Shown piece after piece: positions 47,680 to 60,480 of a stretch of DNA of 64,000 bases. Source of the DNA: Glaucostegus cemiculus (lineage: Eukaryota). Location: NCBI GenBank assembly GCA_976551045.1, contig CDPCPM010000259.1, positions 496,001 to 560,000 of the forward strand, written 5' to 3'. Numbering within the stretch: the stretch's first letter is position 1; each line of letters starts with the position of its first letter. The position numbers and the translations under genes are program-made. The notes under the pieces are model-generated. The model had not been told where the DNA came from. It ran no database searches and saw nothing but the letters and a program-made list of their open reading frames with translations.

Positions 47680-50215
47680 AGATGTAAGTAGAAAAAAAAT
47701 CAAAAGTAAAAAGCACAGGGAAAAAGAAGAAAATGGTGGAAATGTTCTGAGATATTTTAGATGTCTCACTACTATTCCTTAGTAAAGAGATATTTAGAAA
47801 ATCATAAAGCAGTCAAGTCACGGTTTTATGAAGGGGAAATCATGCATGACTGATTTGTCAAAGTTTTTTTGAGCATATAACAAAAGCTGGACAAAGGGGC
47901 ACAGAATGGTACAGGACAGCAACAGGCCCATTGGCCCACAATGTCTGTGCCATACCATCTGCCTGCACATGGTCTGTATCTCTTCATTTTCTGCCTGTTC
48001 ATGTTCCTGTCTAAATGCCTGTGGTACGTTACTATGGTATCTGCTTCCACAACCTATCCTGGCAATGCGTTCCAGGCTCCAAGCATTCTCTATATAATAA
48101 AAAAAACTTTCTTCGCAAATCTTTCAAACATTCCCCCTCTACCTGAAACCTATGCCCTCTAATATTTGTAATTTCTACCCTGGGAAAAAGGTTCTGGCTG
48201 TTTACTCTGCTTCTCATAATTTTTTGTACAATTCTGTCCACCCCTCAGCCTCCAACACGCCAGAGAAAACAATCCAAGTTTGTCCATTTTCTCCTTATCA
48301 CTAATACTCTGTAATTCAGGCAACATCCTGGTGAATCTCTTATGCACCTTCTCCAAAGCCTCCACATCCTTCCTGTAATGGCACAACTAGAACTTCACAC
48401 AATGCTCCAAATGTAACCTAACCAAAGTTTTAAAAGCTGCAACGTGACCTTCCAACTTTTATATTCAGTGCCTTGACCAATGAAGGCAAGTATACTCTAC
48501 ACTGTCTTTCCTACCCTATCTACTTGTGTTGCCACTTTTGGGGAGCTATGGTCTTGCACTCCAAGATTCCTCTGTACATCATTGCCACTTACTGCATATT
48601 TTCCTCATGCATTTGACCTCATTATCCAGATTAAACTCCATCTGCTATTTTTCCACCCATGTTTCAAAATTATCTATATCTGCTGTATCTTTTGATAACC
48701 TTGCTTACTAACCACAGCTCTGCCAATTTTCATGTTGTTTGCAAACATACTAATCAGTCCACCTCCATTTTCTCCCAGTATTACAAACAGCCAAGTTCCT
48801 AGCACTGATCCCTGCGGAACACCACTGGTCACAGGCTTCCAATGAGAATACCCCCTGTCCAACCACTGCCTTCTGCTTTCTATTGGCTGAGCTAATTTTG
48901 AATCCAATCTACCAAGTCTCCATGGATCCCATGTGCCTTAACCATGTGCCTTAATCTTCTGGATGAGCATATCATAAGGGAGCTTGTTAAATGCTTCACT
49001 AAATTCCATGTATACAACATCTACTGCCCTACTGCAATCATTTTTGTCACCTTCTCAAAAAAGCTCCAGTCAAGTTTGTAAGACATGATCTACCCTGCAC
49101 AAAAGCTGTGGTGACTATCCTCCATTCCTTGCTTTTCCAGATTTGACTAATCCTATACTTTAGAAACTTCTCCAATAATTTCCCTGTCACTGATGTCAGG
49201 CTTCCTGGATTATCCCTATTACCCTTCTTAAACAAAGGAACAACATTGGCTGTTTCTCTGTCCTATGGGACATTGCCTATGGCTAAAAAGGACACAAACA
49301 TTGCCTATGGCTAAAGAGGATACAAACTGTCAAATACCAGTAACATCGTGATTATGGCATTCCATAAGCCATTTGATGAGGTGCTGCATAAGATTATTGC
49401 ACAAGACAAGTATACATTCAATTGGGGTTGAATGTATGTGTATGGCTAACAGAAAACATTGAGTTGGGATAAATGGGCCGTATTCAGTTTTGTAATCATT
49501 AATTCATTGGGTGTTGGGAGTTTTCCTATTTAGTCTCTGGAAATAACTTGGATGAACAGAGGAATTGTACGGTATCCAGATGTGCTGATGCTACAAAAAT
49601 GGATGTGTTACAAAGTTATGAGGAGGATGATGAGGGTTACAGATGTGAGTGATTGAGAAGTTGTCAGATGGAGTATAATGTGGGGAAAATGAGGTTTTTC
49701 ACATTGGAAGGAATGTAAAATCAATTACTATTTAACTGGATAGGGCTACAAAATGTTGCAGTACAGAGGGATTTTGGATGCCCTGGTATATCTGGTATAT
49801 GACATACAGGCAAAACAAGCGTTTAAGAATAATGGAATGTTGCCTTTTATTACAGGGAGTATGGAGTGTAAAAGAGAAATTTTAATGCATCTTTACAGGG
49901 TGCTGGTGGGGTGTTACCTGAAGTATAGTATACAGTTTTGGTCTTCATATTTAAGGAAGGGCGTACTTTCATTGGAGGCATTGCAGAAATGTATTCTAGG
50001 TTGAGATTCCTGGGATGAAGATATTGATTTTATGAAGAAAGATTAAGCAGATTGGGTATGCACTCGTTCAACTGTAGGAAAATAAGAGGTGATCTTATTG
50101 AAACATGTAGGTTTCTGAGGGGAATTGACAGGTTGGATGCTGAGAATATTTTTTCTAAATCGTGTAGTTTCAGAACAAAGGATTACCTACAAGACTGAGA
50201 TGAGAAGTTAGTTCT
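47680..50215 (+). mobile_element. Old CR1 (pieces at about 47680-47900 and 49340-50215) interrupted by a minus-strand CR1
   Basis: QSSHGFMKGKSCMTDL at about 47810; resumes with KPFDEVLH, ADATK, YSIQFWS and RGDLIET. Confidence 0.7.
47905..49330 (-). mobile_element. 5'-truncated CR1
   Basis: Minus ORFs FKKGNRDNPG, GRSCLTNL, VTSGVPQGSVLG and ALEKVHKRFTRMLP. Confidence 0.88.
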
Positions 50216-52229
50216 TCTGTCAGAGTTGTGAGGAACTAATTGACCTCTTGCTCTGTTTTTTGTGTTCTTTCATCTTTCTTGGAGAGGGGTTAAGTTTAAC
50301 ATTTATGAAACTAAACAAACTGCCTGCTGACACCATCAGCTGAACCAATTTCCAACAACCAGTTAAACAACCACACTAATATGCTCCCCATGAACAAGAC
50401 TGATGAAACTGAATGATGATCTTTGAGGGATATTTATGATTTGACATATTAAACCAAGCAAAGGCACTTCCTACCACCTGTGCACATTGGAAACAGGAAA
50501 ATGGAGACAGCAATAATGGCAAAAAAGCTTTGATTTAATCATGTCAGTCATTGACTTTTTTACACTTTGCCACAGAGAAAAACATTCCTTGTTTTCTGAA
50601 TTTCTTTCATCTTTGCTAAATAGGATTCCTCTCCATTCCAAAAGTAAGATTGCATAATGGAAATACTGCCACATTGCCAATCGTAAATGTTTTCCAGGAG
50701 TTCTTTCTGTCAACATTTTCTTCTTTATTACAAAAAAAAGGCCTTGAATTAAGTCGACTAAATAACAGCTTTAAATAATATTAAATCCAGTAACTAGCAG
50801 AAATCTCTTCCAGACTGTATTGACAAGAAATCTCATTTTATTTTGCACGTTGTTCTATCATGACATTGAGCATGAACACAAAAGCCATGTGGCCAGCTCC
50901 ATAGTCATAAAGTCTGAAGCTGGTGGTTTAACCTTAAAATGAATTGCTTTTTTTTTGTGCTCTCATTGCAATGCTTTCTGTTAACAACTTGTAATAAACA
51001 GAAATAATGAAAAGTGCATTATCTGGCATAGTAGCTCAGTGCCTTAATGGAAAAGCTGGCATAGATTTGTTTTCAATAACTGGTAACTCTTTAAGAGCTA
51101 TGTTCTATTATTAGATTGCAGCAATTGCTCCTGCTGTTCCACTACTATTGAAACTGTATTAAACTATATTCTAGGCTTCCCTTTCCTTTACAGCTGGGAA
51201 TGCAGTTTTTAAGTAGTTGTTTCAGTGATATTGATTACTTTGTATTTTGTTGAAGGAAAGTGGGCCATGAAGTGAAAATGAACAATCTATTTATCAAAGG
51301 GAAACTGCTATGCTCACAATGGGTTATAAGTCAAGGATGTTGTGTTTGAGTCAGTTGGGCCCATGCATTGTATGTAGTGAATTGAATTTACTTTTTATTG
51401 TCCTTAAATATTTCTCAAGGGTTGGGGGGGGGGGTTGGAGAGTGGGTGGTGGGAGGAAGGTAGGGAAGAATTCAATTTACTTAATTTCTTTGATGCTTAA
51501 GCTGCAGATAGCTGATGTCAGAGTTGCCCGATAAGCTGCTCCCACTCCACTGGTGTCATCATTTGAAGTTTGTTAACCCAGGGCTAAGCCATTACCAAAA
51601 AACTAGGTAATATTTATCTTAGCAAAACAAAAATACCTTTTTTTAAAAAAAACCTGGAATATTCTTCAAACCACAATTGCCTAAACCAACTTGATTTCTG
51701 TTTCTTAAACAATGTAAGATGTTTATATGGAGAATGAGTCCATATCTTAAAGGAGTGATAGTCTTGTAGATGTTAAACACTGCTAAGACTGAAGGAAAAT
51801 TGGATTTTAAGCCAACTCCAGATTATTTCAATATTTTTAAATAGTAGGAAACAATCATTATCCTTTTATTTAATTTTATTAAAGAATTATTTTAAATAGT
51901 AGGAAACAAGTATTTCTAATGGCTTAAAATGCTGAAGTGAAATGATTTATTCAGGAACTGACACAGGAGAGCTAACTTTGACACTGTAGGAATATCTGCC
52001 AATGATTTTGGTATCAGTGTTTTAATGCTGGTGAGTGCTGGCTTTCCCATGGACCATCAATCATGAAATATATAGTGAACCCACAATCTCTTGTTCTCAG
52101 TAGGAAGCTAAGCTGGTGCAGAGGATAGTCGTGAGAATTGAGACTATTATCGGAACCTTATTGCTAACTTGCAATTGTGGATAGCTCATTGTCAGCTGTT
52201 GCAAGTCATCTATATGTAATATTGGCTCA

Positions 52230-52600
52230 GTTTTTCTCTCTCCATAAACACAACCTAACCTGTCAAGTATGTCCTATGGCCTTGCATTTCATAACTTTTA
52301 AGTCCCTTTGTTTGTATTCTCAACCTTTTAACCTTTTCATAATGTTCATTAATTTTCTCTCTCCCTAACTGCTCCCATTCATCCATTGACTGGATGGCTC
52401 CACAACAACCTTGGCCTTGCTTTTTCAGGGGTATGTCCATTGTCCTAATCCATTCTGCATGCCACATTTGCTGCAACTTAAAACTAATTTGTTTTCTCAC
52501 TTTCCCAATTCTGACGAAGGGCCTTTGACCTGAAACATGAGCTGTGTTTCTTTCTCCACAGCAGAGAAATTTTTATTTCAGATTTCTAACATCTGCAGGT
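52230..52600 (+). mobile_element. Penelope-like terminal region with degenerate hammerhead core
   Basis: ctgacga-agggcctttgacct-gaaac at 52511-52536, followed by ctccacag..agatttctaacatctgcag. Confidence 0.5.
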
Positions 52601-53384
52601 TTTTTTTGATTTTCAAATTGTCGGCTTGACTTTTTTTTAACTGGGAGTGTGCAATTATGTAGAATCGTTACTGCAATCCAAATTCAGTTGTAACACATCA
52701 GCTTTAATCATGATTGTAATTCATTGTTTATAAACAGTGGTCTATTCTAATAAGAGTCAATTTGACCTCCATCTCTTTCAGTATCATGCAGACATGTATT
52801 TATCACTGACTGTCCATCATGGGACAGTAAGCTTCAGACTGCCTCCTGCCCAGAAGCAATAAATTACCCACCAGTCAATCCACTGTTGTCCCAGGATTTC
52901 TCACTATCAACAGAGACACAAGAGACCTGCAGATGCTGGAATCTGAAGCAACAAACAATCAGCTGCAAGAACTCAGCAGGGTGAGCAGCATCTTAATGCA
53001 GGATTTCGAACTGAAACATCGATTCCTTTTCTTCCACAGATGCTGCTTAACCTGTTGAGCACCTTCAGCAAATTTGTTTGTTTCACAATACCTAAATTGT
53101 CTGCTTTGTACTCATATGTACAGGTGCTCAGCTGCTTGCTCTTCATCTCCATGCTCTGCCACCAGTGAAAATGCTTGGGTAGCAGTGTATCTTTGCCTTC
53201 AGCAGATCACACTATATTTAATTTTATTAAATTGACTCCAATACTGATTTGATAAAAGTTTATGGAAAGTACAAAAATCACAATCCACACAAATCTGCAA
53301 GTATGTTTGCTGTGACTCCCCATTTGATTCCTTGCAGTGTTTCATTCATCTTACATCAGAACAATCCTTACCCAAGTTACAGTC

Positions 53385-53940
53385 AGACAAAATGTTGGTT
53401 AGGCCACACTTGGAGTATTGTGTGTAGTTCTTGTCACCACGCAATAGGGAAGGACGCGATTAAGCTAGAGGGGATGCATAAAGGACACTCTGGATTGGAG
53501 TGCTTGAGTTATCAGGAGAGATTGGATAAGCTGGAACTGTTTTCCCTGGAGCAAACAAGGTTGAGAAGTGATATAATGGAGGTATATCTATGCTTCTCAT
53601 AATTTTATATAGGGCACATAGCCAGTGTCTGTTTCCCATGATAGGGGTGTCTAAAACTAGAGTGCATAGGTTTGAGGGAGGAGGTTCAAAGGGGATGAGG
53701 AAGTTCTGAGGGATAAATATTTTGCATAAAGAATAGCATTTGGAATGAGGTGCCAAAGGAGATGGTGGAGGCAGGAACAGTAACAAATATTGAAAACAAA
53801 GCTTGACAGATACCTGAATGAGCAGGGCATAGACGTTTATGGAAGTAATGCAGGCAAGTGGGATTAGTATAGATAGGCATGATGGTTGGCTTGGGTGCAA
53901 TGGGCCGAAGGGTCTGTTTCTGTCTATACAATTCTGTGAT
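53385..53940 (+). mobile_element. CR1 3' fragment
   Basis: RPHLEYCV, ERLDKLELFSLE and tail gggccgaagggtctgtttctgtct. Confidence 0.85.
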
Positions 53941-53989
53941 TCCAGCAGATGTATAAAGCAACTTCCTCTTCTTCTCAAATACAAACATT

Positions 53990-54230
53990 GAAACAATGAT
54001 CATCCTTCATCAACTTCTCTGATCAGCCATTGTCCAGACTTGAATCATGTCTTTTTTTGCTGGCCTTGGTCATAAGTTTGGAGAAAAGGCTAAATATAGA
54101 AGATGTTCTCAAGGCATACATGAAAACAGCCTCACAGGAGATTATCACTATTTATCTTCCTAGGTGGACTGAGAATGCTGAGAGAATCGCAGCATCTTGA
54201 AACATAAATGACAGAAACGGTGTGGACTAA
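53990..54230 (+). mobile_element. Ancient RTE-like 3' fragment
   Basis: aggctaaatatagaagatgttctcaaggcatacatgaaa resembles the RTE C-terminal RKRYKDxLKxxMK motif. Confidence 0.35.
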
Positions 54231-55649
54231 ATAATGTTCTAGGCCACCCCATCTACCTCCGATCAGCCTTTTCAGCGGCTGATAAAATATTCCTCGACAG
54301 TTCATAAGGAATTTCTGATGAAAATTTATGATCTGGAGTGCACAGCCTGAATGCCTTTTGGGAACAGAATTGGTAGTAACTTTTAAAAGGGAATCCGATT
54401 AAATACTTGGGGCAAATAGCGTGAGAATAATCCTCATTGGAATGCACTTTAATCAAGATTTTAATCTATCCTGTGGTATTTAAATTTATTGTCATTCTAA
54501 TCTTGCACTGAACTGTTTTCTTGTCATTTCATTATTATTGATGCTGCTGTTATTTATTTTAAAATTTGAGGCACAGTTGTTTACATATTGCTGAAGGACT
54601 CAGACATTGCTACTCAGAGAAAAATAAACAAGCGACACAAAGAATTATAAAATCTTCCTTATTTGGAGATATTTAATCTTTATTCTCTTGAATTTTTAAA
54701 CATAATATCCTTTGTCAGGAAGATCTAAATTTGCTGAATTGTTTGGCCCCTGAACAGTAATTACTGCTATGCTATTCCTGATGTGGTAATGGACTGTGGT
54801 TAACTGTAACTTTATATAAGTATTGTAGTAAAGCAGCAGCTGGTTGCTTTGTGATTTAGAATGTGTATAAAGGCCCGCTATAAGATTAGTGTTGATAGCC
54901 ATGTTCCTATATATTCAGTTTGTGCTTTGTAGTATAATGGACAACAGGTGTACTTATGTGCGGTTCCCTGCTCTTCTGTTGTCCTAGGGGAACAAGTAGG
55001 ATAGATCTCTGGAAGACTGTTACTGTAATGCTGTTCTCTGAAGATTTTGTGCTTCATTGATCATTATCAGCATTCATTTAATGAATTACTAGTTTTATTA
55101 ATAGAGCAACTGTTTGCTGTTCTAATTACCCAGGAACTTTGGGAGTTGAGTAGAGCCATAGTCTTCTTTTGAAACAAACCAGCAATTCTGTCATTTTTTT
55201 CCTACTCATTGAGACCCAAACAAAATTCTAATTTGGCAAGAATGTAAAATCACAAAATTCATATTCCCTTCATTTTAAATTCTGCTTGAATTAAATGGTG
55301 CTATGTGGTGGCAGACTGCAACATCATGATGAGTGAAACCTGTCAAGAGCATTAATTGCAGGTTTCTGCCAGCTATCTACAGTATAAAACTATATCAATG
55401 GAGAGGTTGACATTGTGATCATCTCACAATAGCATGGAAAAGGGAGGGTGTAGGAATACATTTATAGAATTCCAAAGGAAAGGCTGCAGGAATAACTAAT
55501 AACTTAGCCCTGTTTGAAGGAAGGCTTGCAACAAAAAGACAAGGTAATTGTGGATCTTTGGAAAATGCAAGAGGATTGCATTCTGCATGTTCTAAAATCT
55601 GTAACTTTGCAGATGAGTTTTCTTTTCCTCTTGTATCTATTAAACAAGC

Positions 55650-55910
55650 AGTAATAATAGAAGTGCCTTGCTCTTTCTAGTACAGGCAATGAAAGGTCAG
55701 GGATAAGACATTTGACAATTTTCCACCTTGTTGACTTCTTACACAGCACTCCTGCTCCAAACACAGATAAACTAGCCATTTATTGCATTGCTGTCTTGGG
55801 ATACTGAGCATGAATGCTTGCCTACATCATTCTCTAATATATTTCCAAGTGACTTATTGCACAGAGGGATTTTGAGATATCTAAGACATACAATGCTAAA
55901 TAGATACTTT
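55650..55910 (+). mobile_element. Possible ancient DeuSINE-type remnant
   Basis: ccatttattgcattgctgtcttggga..gcttgcctacat..gtgact..tttgagatatc..tgctaaatagatac loosely follows my recollection of the Deu domain and L2-like tail. Confidence 0.3.
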
Positions 55911-56255
55911 TTTGGTTATTTGTTAATAATTTCTCTCTGCACCAAGAGCTGTAATACTGACTTCAAAGAGTACCACCAACCATACCAATTTGAAAGTTCT
56001 ATTTACAAACAAACTTGTGTTCCCTTGTGAAACTATATGCATTTTCTGGTTATTAAATGATCACCTATGTTTCAAATGTGGCATGCAGAATGACTAACAG
56101 ATCTTTTCATCCATTACAGGAGCTAATTTAGTACATCAGGGTAAAAGGACAGTATGCCTCTTTTATGTTCCCTCCTGCTTATTTCCCTCCTGCCTGTCAA
56201 TAAATTAACTTTTGTGGGAAAGTAATAGTGCTCTATTTGCCTTTTTCTTTTATAG

Positions 56256-56777
56256 ATAGCTTCACAGGAGGCCATGGCCTTGGCTAAAGGGAATCATCAG
56301 GAGAAAGCACTGAAATACTACACACTAGCTGTCCTTGCAAGTAAAAATAAAGCCAAATATATTCGCCTACGTGCAATATGCCTGACCAGACTGAAGCAAT
56401 ATGAGAGGGCACTAAAGGACCTACATGAGGTCATCAAAAGAAGCACCAACAGAAACTCCTCAGACCTGGTAGAAGATTATTGCTCCATGGGACATATCCA
56501 GCTCCTTGCATTGAGGGATGAAGAGGCTTGTAAGAACTATATAAAGGCCTTGCAGTTAGATGAGTCTTTGGCACTAACCAACATCTCCCGTAGGCCAGGA
56601 CAGTTTAACTTGTCTCAACACTTCCAGCAAAGTGCTCTCCGCTACTTTGAACAGCAGCTTTATGAAGAAGCTTGGAAGTTAGCAGAATATGGACTGATAA
56701 TTCATGAAAGTAACACTGAATTAAAGAAACTGAGAACTAGGATTAAGCGAGAGGCATCAGGGTGTATTGTTCATTAG
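56256..56777 (+). CDS. TTC34: TTC34 terminal coding exon (IASQEAMALAKG...RIKREASGCIVH*)
   Basis: Acceptor ctttttcttttatAG (56254-56255), phase 0; TPR repeats; TAG stop at 56775-56777. Exon lengths sum to 3189 nt, an intact frame. Confidence 0.95.
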   Translation: MASQEAMALAKGNHQEKALKYYTLAVLASKNKAKYIRLRAICLTRLKQYERALKDLHEVIKRSTNRNSSDLVEDYCSMGHIQLLALRDEEACKNYIKALQLDESLALTNISRRPGQFNLSQHFQQSALRYFEQQLYEEAWKLAEYGLIIHESNTELKKLRTRIKREASGCIVH

Positions 56778-57870
56778 TTTTGTGTATTCAGTCCTTAAGA
56801 AAAGATGTGGACCAAGTGCCTTTATGGTGGCAGACTGCACCATCATGACAGAGGAAGAGGTCAAGATTGGAATTGCAGAGATTACATTTAAAGTGTAGAG
56901 TGCAGATTGAGCTGGAACTGAGTATTAATCAATACTGTGAATATGATCTGAGGAAGCAGAAATATTTAAAAGGACAGTGCTTCTATGTAAAGTACTAGAT
57001 CAGAATTTTCTTTCAGCAAACTCACTGAATTAAATTTTCCTTCGAACTGCTTCAGACGGTGTATCTAAATATTGTTTGATGCTGCACCTGTGGTGAAATT
57101 ATGGGAGTAGAATGCCAAGGAAATTCTCCATGCTTCATTGCAGTTGAACTTTAAAATGTTTTAATCTCCATTCACAAAAGTAGTAGTATGATTTGAAGTA
57201 ATTGTTTACAGAAATGACTATCCTAAATGGCTAATGGACTGGAGAAAACTGCTTCTGCCCCTCAGCAGGCTAGCTGCCTTACATATCTTTGGGCTGCCAT
57301 TCGTGGTCTATTGACTTGTTAAACTTTTGATACCAACCTCTGCAAAATATTTGGTCCAAATGGTCTTGACCAGACACATTGACTGTCAATTTCCATCCAT
57401 AGATGCTGCCTGGCCCCACTGTTCCTCCAGCATTTTGTGTGTTGCTCAAATATTACTTGGGGCTTTTTTAATTTTGGTAATTTTATTTTTTCCTCTTGGG
57501 TTAAAATGCTTGATGCACACTTTTTAAAGAGCTGTGTTGATATGACTGAAAGCATGATTTAGGGGCATTCAAACAAGTCAGTGAAAGAGTATAGAGAGGA
57601 TTATAAATTGATGTGTAACATTAATGTTTGGAGCTTAAAACTGTTTCCTTCCTGTACGTTTTGGTCCTTTGTATTGGACACTTAATAATCCAACACAGGC
57701 ACACTTTCACTGGCCTCTTTCAGCATAGGGGAAGAAAATTGTGAATATTGCTAATACATATATATAAATGTTTATCATAAGTACCACAAACTGCATATTT
57801 AATTTATTTTAAGTTATAATAATTTTACAAGATTTGTAATTGGATTTGGATATCCAACAAAAGCAATAAG

Positions 57871-57995
57871 AATAAATGTGATTTGATATACCAAACTAAC
57901 TGCTGGGAAACAAGTTACTAGTACAAATAGTTTAAGTGCAAAATTGATGTGCCAATATGGCTATTGATTAATCCTGTGTTAGATTTTTAAATAAA
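57871..57995 (+). promoter_or_regulatory. Candidate TTC34 polyadenylation signals (AATAAA at 57871-57876 and 57990-57995)
   Basis: Hexamers in an AT-rich stretch about 1.1-1.2 kb after the stop, with T-rich sequence downstream. Confidence 0.55.
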
Positions 57996-58859
57996 ACAAA
58001 TCCTTATCATAAAATACACTAAGTTCTTTTCCATATTTCTCCTGACAGTTTCACTAACCTTGGGTGTCTGCTTCCAGATGTGCCAAAAGCATCAGTAAAT
58101 TCTACTATGTTGTTGTTCTTGATTTGTGTTTCCTAAGACCTAGTTTTAGCAGGATGTTCAGTGGTAGGAGATATTACAGACAGGCTGGATCCTGGCCTTG
58201 ATAGGATGTTCACCAATGCATTTTCCTGCATGGTCACGGGTCTGCAATCAATTATTCACTTGCTGCTTTCAAATTTTCACTGATCGTGATGACAGAAAGA
58301 TTTCAAAGTAATTTACCTTCAAATGATTTGTATTGGGAAATGTTTGAGTACTTGTCTATCCAGAATTTCCTTCTCATTTCTAAGAGCTGCTATTTCCATT
58401 TACAGAGCAATGTTTCTGCTTGTCTTAAGTAAATACTTAGATATGGTAATTATTTAGAATATTATCTACTTTGTTCTCATTCTCCATTTCTTATGATTTG
58501 CAACTCTTTGAGATTTTTTTTTCTGACCTTCTGTGGCCCTTAGTCTCATCTATCACCCTTATAGTTTTTTCATAGATACTTGTGGTAAATTCTTTACAAA
58601 CTCTGCAGGGGCAAAATGAAAGAACATTTTGCCTCTGAACAGAATTGCATTTGTGATCTATATGAATACTGATTTTAGGCATATTGCCCATATTTCACCT
58701 TTATTTTTTTTCCACTTATTCTCTGCTGGTGTTGAATGTGTGTAAAATTATGTCTGAACATGAGTGCATGGTCAGAATATATCTGTGTGTTTTTTATGTG
58801 TGAGCAAAGTCTGTGCAGCAGAGTTTGGTCTCCATTTGCTTTGTATCTCTGCCATCAGA

Positions 58860-59003
58860 TTTCTGAATGGTCCATGAACACTACCTTGTTCCTTTTTTTT
58901 GCCCTATTTATTACTGTAATTTATAGCAATTTTGTCTTTGCACTGTATTGTCACAAAACAACAAATTTCACATTGTGTAACTCGGTGATAATTCTGATTC
59001 TGA
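58860..59003 (+). mobile_element. Rex/Babar-like 3' tail
   Basis: ctgaatggtccatgaacactacc..ttgcactgta..acaaaacaacaaatttcac ending in (ttctga)2. Confidence 0.45.
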
Positions 59004-59864
59004 CCTCCATGCCACTGGACCAAGACTTCTCTCTGTCAAGATTCTGCAGCAGCTGGTCTGCAGCAGTTATCCCACATTGAAAGAAATCCAACAAGCAGCT
59101 TCCACTCCCCAGTAGAAGGAAGACATTTTCAATTCTGAGAGTCTGCCTAAAATGAAATTTGGCCAGGCCATTCCAAGTGGAATTTCAAAACTGAAGGCAT
59201 CGGCAGATTGCGGGGACAGTTAATACTGAGGAAGATTGATAAAAGTCCACAACATAATTAAACAACAGTTTTTCTGAGTTTATTAATAACAAATTTTAAT
59301 TTAGATAATTTTGAGATGTTGCATTTTTTCAGAAAGAAGAAAGTCGCATTTTGTGTGACCATTAGTCCAAATGAAAACAAAGCAAGTGATCGAGAGCTCA
59401 AGAAACTCAGCAACATCCAGGATAATCAGCCTATTTCGTTGGTACCCCAACCACCTGAAGTTCATTCCCTCCAGTCATGACACAATAGCTGTAGTGTACC
59501 ATCTACAAAAATGAACTGCAATTACTCATGGGCCACTGTCATAATAGCACCCCCACCCCCCCAAAAATCTGACTGCTACTGCCTAATGCAAAGGCAACAT
59601 ATACATGGGAACCCCATCACCTGCTCATTTCCCTCCATGTTGCCCGCCATATCACTTTGAAAATGTATTGCCATTTCTTCATTGCTGTATCTAAATCGAG
59701 GAACTGCCCCCCCCCCCCCCCCCATATCACCATGGGAGAATCTTCAGAAGGACAACAGTGGTTTAAAAAGGTGGCTTCCTACCTCCTTCCCAAGGAAACT
59801 GGTGATGAACAATCAATGCCGGCCTAGCCAGGTGAGCTGCTACCTTGGGGGGGGGGGGGGGGAA

Positions 59865-60480
59865 ATAAGGAAGGTACAGAAATGCAAATTAATAAAAGTT
59901 GCAAAGTAGGTTAATAATACCATTGGGGAAACAAACAAAATCCTTGAATTATTTCCAGAGGGATAGAAAATAAGAAAAGGATCCTGGTTTGACTGTGCAC
60001 AGAGTGCTGTGTATAGTTAGTTCTAGCTTGCAGTTGTGAAATAAGAAAGTTGATACCAGACTCTGAGGTTTTACCCATCAGGAAACGTTGAACAGGGTGG
60101 GCTCATACCCCTTGAAACAAGAAGGGTGAAGCTGACCTTGGGAGGGACTTTAACATTATGAATTCGTCTGATGAAGTAGCTATTGGGAAGATACTTTCCT
60201 AAGTGGGAGATCAGTGCTATCAAATTCAATCAGAAATTCAGGAGAAAATTCTTTAACTGAAGAGTGTCAAGAAGGTATGACACTCTACCACAAGGAGAAG
60301 ATGAAGCAAGTACATAGAGGCAATTAAAGAGGAAATTAAATAAGCATGAGGGGGCGGGGGGAAGCAAAGGAAGTTATGCCTTTATATCATTAGACACGGG
60401 CAGGTAATGGTTTGAGTAGTTTACAGGTTGGCACTAACCAGTTAGGCAAATAATCTTGTTCTGTTATATAAAATCTGATT
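59865..60480 (+). mobile_element. Old CR1 3' fragment
   Basis: agagtgctgtgtatag, ttgaacagggtgggct, aattcaggagaaaattctttaac and a degenerate tail. Confidence 0.55.

Noticed and set aside
59706-59862. Poly-C and poly-G runs 140 bp apart (other poly-C runs at about 4406 and 13817)
   Set aside because: Homopolymers mostly inside decayed repeats; lengths are error-prone and nothing indicates function.
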